Shown here: piece by piece, positions 35,695-44,586 of the stretch
How positions within the stretch are numbered: the stretch's first letter is position 1
Layout of the letters: each line of letters starts with the position of its first letter
Assembly (NCBI GenBank): GCA_002422315.1
Contig: DIUJ01000049.1
Coordinates: 83,799-147,798 of the forward strand
DNA length: 64,000 nt
Origin: Bacteroidetes bacterium UBA6161
GTDB taxonomy: Bacteria > Bacteroidota > Bacteroidia > NS11-12g > UBA955
Reading direction: 5' to 3'
Notes under the pieces: generated by a model
Told to the model about the DNA's origin: nothing
Databases searched by the model: none
The model's input: the letters and a program-made list of their open reading frames with translations, nothing else
Position numbers and translations under genes: made by a program

Positions 35695-37869
35695 TTACAA
35701 TTTTTCTAAAATAAATTTTGTCATTTTAGAATATAAGTGAATTCTAGTATTTCCTCCTCCTATACCATGGTTTTTGTTGGGGTAGTATTCACTGTCAAAT
35801 GCAATATTTTTATCTACCATAGTGCGAATCATTTCATTGGCATGTTGCAAGTGTACATTGTCATCGGCCATGCCATGAATCAAGAGGTAGTTGCCTTTAA
35901 TTCTGTCCGCAAGGGTAATAGGAGAGTTTAGATTATATCCATCGGCATTTTCATCAGGGGTACGCATATATCTTTCGGTATATATGTTGTCGTAGTATTT
36001 CCAGTGGGTTACGGGCGCTACTGCTATTGCTGTTTTAAAGTATTCACTGCCAGCAGTAATTCCGAGAGAACTCATAAAGCCTCCATAACTCCATCCCCAA
36101 ATTCCAATTCTATTTTTATCTACAAATTTTTTATCTCCCATCCATTTTGCAGCTTCTATTTGGTCTTCTATCTCGTATTTACCAAGATTCAAATAGGTAG
36201 TTTTCTTAAATTCTTCGCCCCTAAAACCTGTACCTCTATTGTCTACGCTAACTACAATGTATCCCTTTTGAGCCAAATATTGGTGCCACATATAGTTTCC
36301 ACCTCCCCAAGCGTTTTTCACAGTTTGTGAGCCAGGGCCACCATACACAAAAAATAAAACTGGGTATTTTTTGTTTTCACTAAAATCTGGAGGTAAGATT
36401 TGCCAGTAGTTTAAACTATGTCCTAAACTTGTGTTAAAACTTCCAAAACTTGTTTCCCCTAGTTTATATTCCTTTAGTAATTTTTCTAGTTCTTTGTTTT
36501 CTTCTAGCACTCTTATTTCCTTGCCTTCGCTGTTGTGTAAAGTATATTTTGCTGGGGTGTTAAAAGTAGAAAAATTATTTAAATAGTATTGGCCGTTTTC
36601 TGAAAATGTAATGCTATGCCAGCCTTTTCCTTTACTTAAGTTTGTAATTATGTTTTTCTTTAAATCTTGTCTGTATAGGTATCTTTCGCTTGGAGAAACT
36701 TCAGCACTAGTATAGTAAATAATTTGTTTTTCTGCATCGTAGTAGTGAATTTGGTCTATGTCAAACTTTCCTTTGTTTAAAAGGGCAGAAATGCCAGTTC
36801 TTAAATCTAAGGTGTAAATTTGGTTGAATCCATTTTTCTCACTCAAATAAATCATATTTATACCATCATTAGAAAAATAAAATTTGTCGTTTATATCTAT
36901 GTAGTATTTGTTTTTTTCTTCGTAAATTTTTTTCGATTTTCCTGTATTTGCATCCGCAAAAAATACTTCTAAATTATTTTGGTGACGGTTAAGTTTTTGA
37001 AAACAAAGTTCATTGCTTTCATGTGTCCATTGAATTCTTGGTAAATAGCTGTCGTCGCTTGTATTTGCTATGTCGTTTGTTTCGGTTGTTTCTACAGTAT
37101 AAATATGCAAACTAACCAAAGAGTTTTTTTCCCCTGCTTTAGGGTATTTGTAGGTTTCAATTTTGGGGTATGTTTTACCAGTGTAGTATTCCAAACTAAA
37201 TTGAGGAACTTCTAATTCATTGAATTTGTAAAATGCGATATGTTTAGAGTTTGGAGACCATTCAAAACCTTTGCTCATGGCAAATTCTTCTTCGTATACC
37301 CAGTCAACTGCACCATTGATAATATGTCCAGAACTTCCATCTCCGGTAACAGTTTGTATTTCGTCAGAATCTACAGCCTTAATTAGCAAGTTGTTGTTGT
37401 CTACAAAAGCAATGAATTTTCCATCAGGAGAAAGGGTAGCATACCGAAGATTACTTCCTAATACTCCACTTACTTTTTTGGTTTTTACATTGTATATCAA
37501 TACCCTGGCTTCGTAGGAGTGTCGGTAAATAAAATTTGGTTTGGATTCTATAAGAATCGTATTTTCATCGTTACTTAAACTGTAATTAAAAATTGGATAT
37601 TTTTCACCATTTACCACCAAGTTTTTAGCAGTAATCAAGCTGTCAATAAACTTGCCAGAAGCTACATCGTATAAAACCAATCCTCCGTTTTCTTGTTTAA
37701 TAAATCTTTTACCATCTTTCAACACCCTGAAATTTTGTACTCCTTTGGCTCCAAAAGTATTTTTTTGCCATATCTCTTCTAGTGTAATTTCTTTCTTCTG
37801 TGCATTTGTATGAATAGTTAAACTACTAACAGTTAGGGCTAAAAGGATAAAAAATAAGTTTTTTCTCAT
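35695..37869 (-). CDS. Dipeptidyl-peptidase IV (S9B serine peptidase)
   Basis: Signal peptide from MRKNLFFILLAL (start 37869 preferred over 37941). Beta-propeller N-terminal half. Catalytic GWSYGG, plus the D of MADDNV and a distal H. Confidence 0.85.
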   Translation of the reverse strand: MRKNLFFILLALTVSSLTIHTNAQKKEITLEEIWQKNTFGAKGVQNFRVLKDGKRFIKQENGGLVLYDVASGKFIDSLITAKNLVVNGEKYPIFNYSLSNDENTILIESKPNFIYRHSYEARVLIYNVKTKKVSGVLGSNLRYATLSPDGKFIAFVDNNNLLIKAVDSDEIQTVTGDGSSGHIINGAVDWVYEEEFAMSKGFEWSPNSKHIAFYKFNELEVPQFSLEYYTGKTYPKIETYKYPKAGEKNSLVSLHIYTVETTETNDIANTSDDSYLPRIQWTHESNELCFQKLNRHQNNLEVFFADANTGKSKKIYEEKNKYYIDINDKFYFSNDGINMIYLSEKNGFNQIYTLDLRTGISALLNKGKFDIDQIHYYDAEKQIIYYTSAEVSPSERYLYRQDLKKNIITNLSKGKGWHSITFSENGQYYLNNFSTFNTPAKYTLHNSEGKEIRVLEENKELEKLLKEYKLGETSFGSFNTSLGHSLNYWQILPPDFSENKKYPVLFFVYGGPGSQTVKNAWGGGNYMWHQYLAQKGYIVVSVDNRGTGFRGEEFKKTTYLNLGKYEIEDQIEAAKWMGDKKFVDKNRIGIWGWSYGGFMSSLGITAGSEYFKTAIAVAPVTHWKYYDNIYTERYMRTPDENADGYNLNSPITLADRIKGNYLLIHGMADDNVHLQHANEMIRTMVDKNIAFDSEYYPNKNHGIGGGNTRIHLYSKMTKFILEKL

Positions 37870-37920
37870 GTTGATTAATTTAAAAAAATAAAGAGCCAAA
37901 AATACCTGAAATTTGCAAAC

Positions 37921-39318
37921 ATGCAATACCATAAAATCCACGAAGAAAATATTTTAGACCTAAAAAGGATTGTAGGCGAAGAGAATGTGATATTTAGCAC
38001 CCAAGATTTAAAACAATATGCCCGGGATTATACCGAAGATTTAGAATTTTTCCCTGATTTGGTTTTGTTTCCGAGCAATGCAAACCAAGTATCTGAGATT
38101 ATGGCCTATTGCAACCAACACAATATAGCCATAACTCCAAGAGGTGCAGGCACAGGCTTAAGTGGAGCTAGTTTAACTGTAAAAGGAGGCATTAGTTTGG
38201 CCATGCATAAGATGAATCAAATTTTAGAAATAGATACCAATAATTTTCAAGCAAGAATACAACCTGGGGTAGTAAACGGTGAACTAAGACAAAAAGTGGA
38301 ATCTTTAGGTTTGTTTTATCCACCCGACCCGGCTAGTTTGGGTTCTTGTTTTTTGGGAGGGAATGTAGCTCACTCTAGCGGTGGCCCCAGAGCCGTAAAG
38401 TATGGAACAACAAAAGATTATATTTTAAATTTACAAATAGCCTTAACCAATGGAGAACTGATATGGACAGGTGCAAATACACTTAAAAATAGTACTGGTT
38501 TAAATCTTACCCAACTGATGGTAGGTAGCGAAGGAACCCTAGGGATAATTACAGAAATTGTTGTAAAATTAATAGCAAAACCCAAACATACTGTTCTGCT
38601 TTGGAGCAGTTTTGCCAATGCAGAAGATGCATGCCGTTTTGTACCAAACCTTTTGCTACAAGGTATTGTTCCCTCTGCATTAGAGTTTATGGAATTAAGT
38701 GCAGTACAAATTGCTATGCAAGCATGTGGATTATCGGTAAAAACAGATGGTGCAAAAGCTTTTGTATTAATAGAATTGGATGGGGAAGAATTAGAGCAGT
38801 TGTATGTTCAAAGTGAAAAAGTGTACGAAGTTTTAGAACAATCTGGGGTATTAGAAACAGAATTTGCAGATACTGCAGAGCAAAAAGAAAAACTATGGAA
38901 AATAAGGAGATCCATGGGGGAGGCTGTAAAACATAAATCCATATACAAAGAAGAAGATACGGTGGTACCAAGGTATTATTTACCCGACCTTTACCTCAAA
39001 ATAAAAGAATTAGAAGCTGAATATGGTTTCGAAAGTGTTTGCTATGGCCATGCTGGCGATGGGAATTTACATGTAAATATTCTAAAAAACGACATGAGTC
39101 AAGAAAAATGGGATATAGAAATCCCAAAAGCTATTCGCAAATTATTTGAGAAATGTAAAGAATTGGGAGGAACAATCTCTGGAGAACATGGTATCGGTTT
39201 GGTACAAAAGCAATACTTAGATGTGGTCTTACAACCCATACATTTAGAGTTAATGAGAGGGATAAAAAAAGTATTTGACCCCAAGGGTATTTTAAACCCC
39301 GGAAAGTGGATAGAATAA
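37921..39318 (+). CDS. FAD-linked oxidase (GlcD / D-lactate dehydrogenase family)
   Basis: PCMH-type FAD-binding domain (PRGAGTGLSG, GSEGTLGIIT). C-terminal GEHGIG motif. Confidence 0.8.
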   Translation: MQYHKIHEENILDLKRIVGEENVIFSTQDLKQYARDYTEDLEFFPDLVLFPSNANQVSEIMAYCNQHNIAITPRGAGTGLSGASLTVKGGISLAMHKMNQILEIDTNNFQARIQPGVVNGELRQKVESLGLFYPPDPASLGSCFLGGNVAHSSGGPRAVKYGTTKDYILNLQIALTNGELIWTGANTLKNSTGLNLTQLMVGSEGTLGIITEIVVKLIAKPKHTVLLWSSFANAEDACRFVPNLLLQGIVPSALEFMELSAVQIAMQACGLSVKTDGAKAFVLIELDGEELEQLYVQSEKVYEVLEQSGVLETEFADTAEQKEKLWKIRRSMGEAVKHKSIYKEEDTVVPRYYLPDLYLKIKELEAEYGFESVCYGHAGDGNLHVNILKNDMSQEKWDIEIPKAIRKLFEKCKELGGTISGEHGIGLVQKQYLDVVLQPIHLELMRGIKKVFDPKGILNPGKWIE

Positions 39319-39430
39319 TTTTCAAATAGCCATCTTACCATTGTTTGGTTGTTAGTAACCAATAAATACCTATTAGTTGTTTATTTATTTGGGATATTAA
39401 AACCTATGCAGACTATTCCTTTAAAATACG

Positions 39431-39438
39431 TAGTTTTG
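39431..39438 (+). promoter_or_regulatory. -7 promoter box (TAnnTTTG)
   Basis: tagttttg lies 33 nt upstream of ATG 39471. Confidence 0.5.
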
Positions 39439-39470
39439 CAGTCGAATTTTTACATTAATCAATTTTTAGA

Positions 39471-40448
39471 ATGACAAACAAAGGACCAGTATCAAACTTT
39501 ATTGATCGCCACTACAGACACTTTAATGCAGCTGCTCTTAAAGATGCCGCAATAGGTTACGAAACCCACATAAACAAAGGAGGTAAAATGATGGTTACTC
39601 TAGCAGGTGCTATGAGTACAGCAGAATTAGGAGTATCTTTTGCAGAAATGATTCGCCAAGGTAAAGTGGATATTATCTCTTGTACAGGTGCAAACCTAGA
39701 GGAAGATTTAATGAACCTAGTAGCGCACTCTCACTACCAAAGAATTCCTCATTACCGCGACCTGACCCCACAAGAAGAGTGGGATTTGCTAGAAAAGGGA
39801 TTAAATAGGGTAACAGATACATGTATTCCAGAAGAAGAAGCTTTTCGTAGATTACAACAACATATACATGCCCTTTGGAAAGAGGCAGACGACAAAGGAG
39901 AAAGATATTTTCCGCATGAATACATGTACAAAATGATTCTTAGCGGTGTTTTAGAGCAATACTATGAAATAGACCCCAAAAACAGCTGGATGATTGCAGC
40001 CGCTGAAAAAAACATTCCTATTGTAGTAGGTGGTTGGGAAGACAGTACGATGGGCAATATTTTTGCATCTTATGTTATAAAAAATGAAATTAAAGCCAGT
40101 ACCATGAAAAGTGGTATAGAGTATATGGTAGAGCTTTCCAATTGGTATAGAGCAAATTCTAGCGGAGCTGGTGTAGGTTTTTTCCAAATAGGTGGCGGTA
40201 TAGCAGGAGATTTCCCTATATGTGTTGTACCAATGATGTACCAAGACCTAGAATGGCATGATGTGCCTTTTTGGGCTTATTTCTGTCAGATTTCTGATTC
40301 TACAACCTCTTATGGTTCATACTCAGGTGCAGTACCCAATGAGAAAATTACTTGGGGCAAACTAGGAATAGATACTCCAAAGTTTATAGTAGAGTCTGAT
40401 GCTACTATAGTAGCGCCTTTAATTTTTGCTTGGATATTAGGCTGGTAA
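39471..40448 (+). CDS. Deoxyhypusine-synthase-like protein (bacterial DHS/homospermidine-synthase-like family)
   Basis: 325 aa. The N-terminal FIDRHYRHFNAAALKDAA... and GANLEED, GGGIAGDF segments resemble the DHS fold as annotated in Bacteroidota (from memory). Confidence 0.7.
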   Translation: MTNKGPVSNFIDRHYRHFNAAALKDAAIGYETHINKGGKMMVTLAGAMSTAELGVSFAEMIRQGKVDIISCTGANLEEDLMNLVAHSHYQRIPHYRDLTPQEEWDLLEKGLNRVTDTCIPEEEAFRRLQQHIHALWKEADDKGERYFPHEYMYKMILSGVLEQYYEIDPKNSWMIAAAEKNIPIVVGGWEDSTMGNIFASYVIKNEIKASTMKSGIEYMVELSNWYRANSSGAGVGFFQIGGGIAGDFPICVVPMMYQDLEWHDVPFWAYFCQISDSTTSYGSYSGAVPNEKITWGKLGIDTPKFIVESDATIVAPLIFAWILGW

Positions 40449-40505
40449 GCCTTTAATTTTTTGCTTAACAAAGCAAAATCTAATTTTATTGTACACCCTT
40501 TACAA

Positions 40506-40549
40506 AGCCCTGGCAATAGTATTTTACTTTGCCAAGGCTTATTTTTTTT
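40506..40549 (+). terminator. Intrinsic terminator (11-bp stem with 1 mismatch, T8 run)
   Basis: agccctggcaa (40506-40516) pairs with ttgccaaggct (40529-40539), then tattttttttc. A second hairpin ttttgctt-aaca-aagcaaaa lies just upstream, at about 40470-40489. Confidence 0.75.
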
Positions 40550-40571
40550 CTATTGTTTAGAAAAACCCAAA

Positions 40572-42095
40572 ATGAAAAAATACTTAAATCTATTTGATAC
40601 TACCCAAAAAGTAAATTACAAAACAGAAATCTTGTCTGGCTTAACAGTAGCTCTTGCCTTGGTTCCTGAAGCAGTAGCCTTTGCGCTTATGGCAGGTTTG
40701 TCTCCGCTTACAGGATTGTATGCCGCTTTTATGATGGGTTTTGTAACCTCTATACTAGGCGGTAGGCCGGGTATGATAAGCGGTGCAACAGGAGCAGTAG
40801 CTATTGTAATTGTAACCTTAGCAAAAAGTCATGGAGTAGAATATATTTTTGCAACTGTTATTTTAGCTGGAATAATACAAATGGCCGCAGGTTTTTTAAA
40901 ACTCGGAAAACTTATTCGCTTGGTACCTCATCCTGTTATCTTCGGTTTTGTCAATGGCTTAGCCATTATTATATTTATGTCGCAATTAGACCAATTTAAG
41001 GATATATCTGGCAATTGGCTTACAGGCTCTAGTCTTTATATTTTGTTGGGTTTGGTATTGCTTACTATGCTTATTATATGGGGATTGCCTAGGCTTACCA
41101 AAGCTATACCCGCTTCGCTCACTGCTATTTTAGTGGTTTTTGGCATAGTTTTTTGGACTGGTATAGATACCAAAACAGTAGGAGATATAGCTTCAATAAA
41201 AGGAGAATTTCCTCCTTTTCATATTCCCTCCATACCCTTTACATTGGAAACTCTAATGTTGATTTTGCCTTATGCAGCTATTGTTGCAGGAGTAGGGCTT
41301 ATAGAAAGTTTGCTTACACTAAATATAGTAGATGAAATAACAGAAACCCGAGGAAGAGGAAATAAAGAAGCCGTAGCTCAAGGTATTGCCAATGTTTTTT
41401 CTGGATTTTTCTCTGGAATGGGAGGCTGTGCTATGATAGGCCAAAGTTTAATCAATGTGTCGAATGGTGCAAGGGCTAGGCTTTCGGGTATAGTAGCTTC
41501 TGTTATGCTTTTGGTTTTTGTAATGTATGGTTCTGCCCTTATAGAAAAAGTACCAATGGCAGCACTTACCGGGCTTATGGTTATGGTTGCAATAGGTACA
41601 TTTGAGTGGGCTAGTCTAAAAACCTTTACAAAGTTTCCCAAATCCGATGTTTTTGTAATGGTATTGGTTACTTTGGTTACCGTTTTTTTACACAATTTGG
41701 CTTTGGCAGTTCTTATTGGAGTAATCATTGCTGCATTGGTTTTTGCATGGGACAACGCCAAAAGAGTTCGAGCAAGAAAAAGATTTGATGAAAAGGGAAT
41801 AAAATATTATGAAATATATGGCCCATTGTTTTTTGGTTCTGTAACTGCATTTAATGAAAAATTTGATATATTAAATGACCCTCAAGAAGTTATTATAGAT
41901 TTTGCAGAAAGCAGGGTAGTGGATATGTCGGCCATAGAGGCGCTAAACAAAATTACAGAACGATACCACAAAGTTGGCAAAAAGGTTCAATTAAAACACC
42001 TTAGTCCCGATTGCAGGCAACTAATCAAAAATGCAGAAGAAATTATAGTAGTAAATATTTTGGAAGACCCTAGCTATAAAGTTGTAATGGACTAA
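40572..42095 (+). CDS. SulP-family anion transporter with C-terminal STAS domain
   Basis: GLTVALALVPEAVAFALMAG, multiple TMs, C-terminal STAS-like YEIYGPLFFGS...VVDMSAIEAL. ATG 40572 preferred; the track start 40461 runs through the terminator. Confidence 0.85.
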   Translation: MKKYLNLFDTTQKVNYKTEILSGLTVALALVPEAVAFALMAGLSPLTGLYAAFMMGFVTSILGGRPGMISGATGAVAIVIVTLAKSHGVEYIFATVILAGIIQMAAGFLKLGKLIRLVPHPVIFGFVNGLAIIIFMSQLDQFKDISGNWLTGSSLYILLGLVLLTMLIIWGLPRLTKAIPASLTAILVVFGIVFWTGIDTKTVGDIASIKGEFPPFHIPSIPFTLETLMLILPYAAIVAGVGLIESLLTLNIVDEITETRGRGNKEAVAQGIANVFSGFFSGMGGCAMIGQSLINVSNGARARLSGIVASVMLLVFVMYGSALIEKVPMAALTGLMVMVAIGTFEWASLKTFTKFPKSDVFVMVLVTLVTVFLHNLALAVLIGVIIAALVFAWDNAKRVRARKRFDEKGIKYYEIYGPLFFGSVTAFNEKFDILNDPQEVIIDFAESRVVDMSAIEALNKITERYHKVGKKVQLKHLSPDCRQLIKNAEEIIVVNILEDPSYKVVMD

Positions 42096-42100
42096 AGAAG

Positions 42101-42781
42101 TTATTTTTTTCCCAACTCTACTATCGCATATTCTCTGGTATATGTATTTCCATCTCTTTGGGTAATGCTATCTTGCAGAACTTTGAAATGTTTAATTTTG
42201 AATTGACTTTGTGCCACCAAATTCTCCAAATCGGTTTGGCTATAAAGCGTAAAACCATATTCGGTAAAAGGCATTTTTTCTAAATATTCTTTTAACCCAA
42301 AACACAATAAAAGCTTGCCATTTGGTTTTAAAACTCTAGCCAATTCATCTAAAAATTCTTTGGGTTTTTTCCAGAAGTAAATGGTGTTTATTGTAAATAT
42401 GCTATCAAAAAAATTGTTGTCACAGGGAATAGTTTCCCCGTTGTAATGCCTAAACAAAGCTTTTGAAATATAACTGTACTGTTCCAAGTTTTTTTGTGCT
42501 TCCTGCACCATAGTTTCAGAAATATCTAGGCCTACATAGTGTATGTGTTTTTTGTTTAGTAACATGCTTGCCACATGTTTTCCATTTCCAGGGCCAATTT
42601 CTAAAATATATTGTTCTGATTCTGGGTTAAGTTCAACAAGGGTATTTTCAAACAAACTCTTATTGCTTGTATTCATGTCCAAACCAATTTGAATGCCTTC
42701 TGCACCGCTAGGCTTTGCCAATTGCTTTGCCAATTGCATGTAAAAATCGCTTTCATTTGGGTCTTTTTGTATAGGTTTCAT
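42101..42781 (-). CDS. Class I SAM-dependent methyltransferase
   Basis: ILEIGPGNG SAM motif, LKPNGKLLL. Confidence 0.7.
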   Translation of the reverse strand: MKPIQKDPNESDFYMQLAKQLAKPSGAEGIQIGLDMNTSNKSLFENTLVELNPESEQYILEIGPGNGKHVASMLLNKKHIHYVGLDISETMVQEAQKNLEQYSYISKALFRHYNGETIPCDNNFFDSIFTINTIYFWKKPKEFLDELARVLKPNGKLLLCFGLKEYLEKMPFTEYGFTLYSQTDLENLVAQSQFKIKHFKVLQDSITQRDGNTYTREYAIVELGKK

Positions 42782-42797
42782 AAAGCCATGTATGATG

Positions 42798-43169
42798 TTA
42801 AGCAGTGTGATTTCTTAAAATTTTCTCCATTTTTTTGCCTTTTGCCAATTCATCTACAAGTTTATCTAAGTACCTCACTTTTTGGGTTAGGGGGTTATCT
42901 ATTTCCTCTATTCTGTAGCCACAAATTACCCCTTTTATAAGTTCGCTTTTTGGGTTAAGTGTTGCCAAAGCAAAGAAAGTTTCAAAGCTAACATTTCTTT
43001 CTATAAGTTCTTGAATTTTAGGATTCTCAAAACCAGTAAGCCATTCAATCACAATGTGTAATTCTTCTACCGTTCTACCTTTTCTTAGCACCTTGTTAAG
43101 ATAGTGTGGGTACACAGAAGCAAAAGTCATTTTTGCTATTCTATCGTTGTGTTCGGTAGTTGGTTTCAT
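42798..43169 (-). CDS. DUF2200-family protein
   Basis: IAKMTFASVYPHYLNKVLRKGRTVEELHIVIEWLTGF matches my memory of the DUF2200 N-terminal pattern. Confidence 0.55.
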   Translation of the reverse strand: MKPTTEHNDRIAKMTFASVYPHYLNKVLRKGRTVEELHIVIEWLTGFENPKIQELIERNVSFETFFALATLNPKSELIKGVICGYRIEEIDNPLTQKVRYLDKLVDELAKGKKMEKILRNHTA

Positions 43170-43170
43170 T

Positions 43171-43563
43171 TTATTTTAGTCTTTCGAGTAGCCCTTTACG
43201 TTTTACTAGATTTTTATAATCCCATTGAATATCGCGAGATTTTCTTAGCCATTGAGTCAATGCAGGAATATTGATTTCAGAAAGCAAAGTATAAAAAATA
43301 GAAGCATCTTTAAATTTTCCTCCAGTTACAGTCAAGTCATATTCCCCAAAATCTGCACCGCTCCAAAACATAAGTCTGATTCCTTTTTTTTGTTTGCTGT
43401 AGCCAACAATTGGGTTTCCCTCCATAAACCAAACTGGATGTGCGTGCCATATTTTGCTTTCGGCTTCAGGCAGTTCTTTGTTTATTGTTGTAGCCAGTAA
43501 ATCACAAATTTCTTTGTCTGATTCGGAAAGTTTTAAATTAAAGTTTTTTATGTTTGGATTCAT
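43171..43563 (-). CDS. DUF1801 (YdhG-like) domain protein
   Basis: Size and the pattern ...IWHAHPVWFMEGNPIVGYSKQKKGIRLMFW... are typical of the family. Weak. Confidence 0.45.
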   Translation of the reverse strand: MNPNIKNFNLKLSESDKEICDLLATTINKELPEAESKIWHAHPVWFMEGNPIVGYSKQKKGIRLMFWSGADFGEYDLTVTGGKFKDASIFYTLLSEINIPALTQWLRKSRDIQWDYKNLVKRKGLLERLK

Positions 43564-43910
43564 GGGGTATGTAAGGGTGGGGGGTTACAGGAAAAAATAC
43601 TTATACTTCAAAAATAATAAAAACAAGGAATAGTCAAAAGGTTATCAGAAAGTTTTCTTGCTTAAGTTTAATTCTGATTTTTTATCCTTCATTAAGTCAT
43701 TAAAAATATAAAGTGACGTTTGTTTAAGTTGTTAATTATTTATCAGATATAAGTATTGTTGTTTTTAAAAATATATTTATTTGGTAATGAATATGTTGAT
43801 TATTATTTGTAATTAAAAAAACACTTATTGTGTGTATTAGGTTGATTATGATCTAATTATGTTTGTTTTATTCAGATATTGATCTCATTTTTGCAATAAA
43901 TTGAGCGTAC

Positions 43911-44390
43911 ATGAATGTAAATTTTGAAAGAGCAAAAAACACAACTGTGGAATGGTTAACACCTCCTGAACTAGTAAAAAGTTTAGGAGATTTTGATTTA
44001 GATCCATGTACTCCAATAAATCCGCCTTTTATTCATGCAAAAGTCAACTACAATAAAAATGATAACGGATTAAACAAAGATTGGTTTGGTAGAGTATTTT
44101 TGAATCCACCTTATGGAAAAGGAATGGAAATTTGGCTTGAAAAACTCAAAAAGCATGGTAATGGTATAGCTTTAATATTTGCAAGAACGGAAACAAAATG
44201 TTTTTTTGCACATATTTGGGATGATGCAGATGCAGTTCTATTTGTAAAAGGTAGAATAAAATTTTATAATTTAAAAGGAGAGCAGGCTGGAAGTCCTGGT
44301 GCCCCAAGTATTTTTATTGCTTACGGTATTAATAACGCTAAATCTCTTGAAGAATCAAAAATAGAAGGGAAATTTATTTGGTTAAAATAA
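43911..44390 (+). CDS. Small phage-type DNA N6-adenine methyltransferase (PF05869 Dam-like family)
   Basis: EWLTPPELVKSLG.FDLDPCT, then the catalytic NPPYG (VFLNPPYGKG) and a late GRIKF. 159 aa. Confidence 0.7.
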   Translation: MNVNFERAKNTTVEWLTPPELVKSLGDFDLDPCTPINPPFIHAKVNYNKNDNGLNKDWFGRVFLNPPYGKGMEIWLEKLKKHGNGIALIFARTETKCFFAHIWDDADAVLFVKGRIKFYNLKGEQAGSPGAPSIFIAYGINNAKSLEESKIEGKFIWLK

Positions 44391-44585
44391 TTGAATTACT
44401 TCAAACTCTGCAACATTAAATTGAGCATCAATTATCCAATTATTTTCTTTTAATAACTTTACAATAGCATCATTTTCATCTATTGCATTATCAACAATAC
44501 CAAGTACTTGTAAATTATTCACTTCTACTTCGGTATTAGGAGCAATTGTTGTTCCTTCCGGAGTTAATACTATATATTTTTTCAT
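44382..44585 (-). CDS. Small acidic protein translationally coupled to the DpnI-like gene (positional analogue of dpnD)
   Basis: ATG 44585 is 1 nt after the upstream TAA (44587-44589). 67 aa. Its 3' end overlaps the convergent methyltransferase gene by 9 nt. Confidence 0.45.
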   Translation of the reverse strand: MKKYIVLTPEGTTIAPNTEVEVNNLQVLGIVDNAIDENDAIVKLLKENNWIIDAQFNVAEFEVIQLF

Positions 44586-44586
44586 G

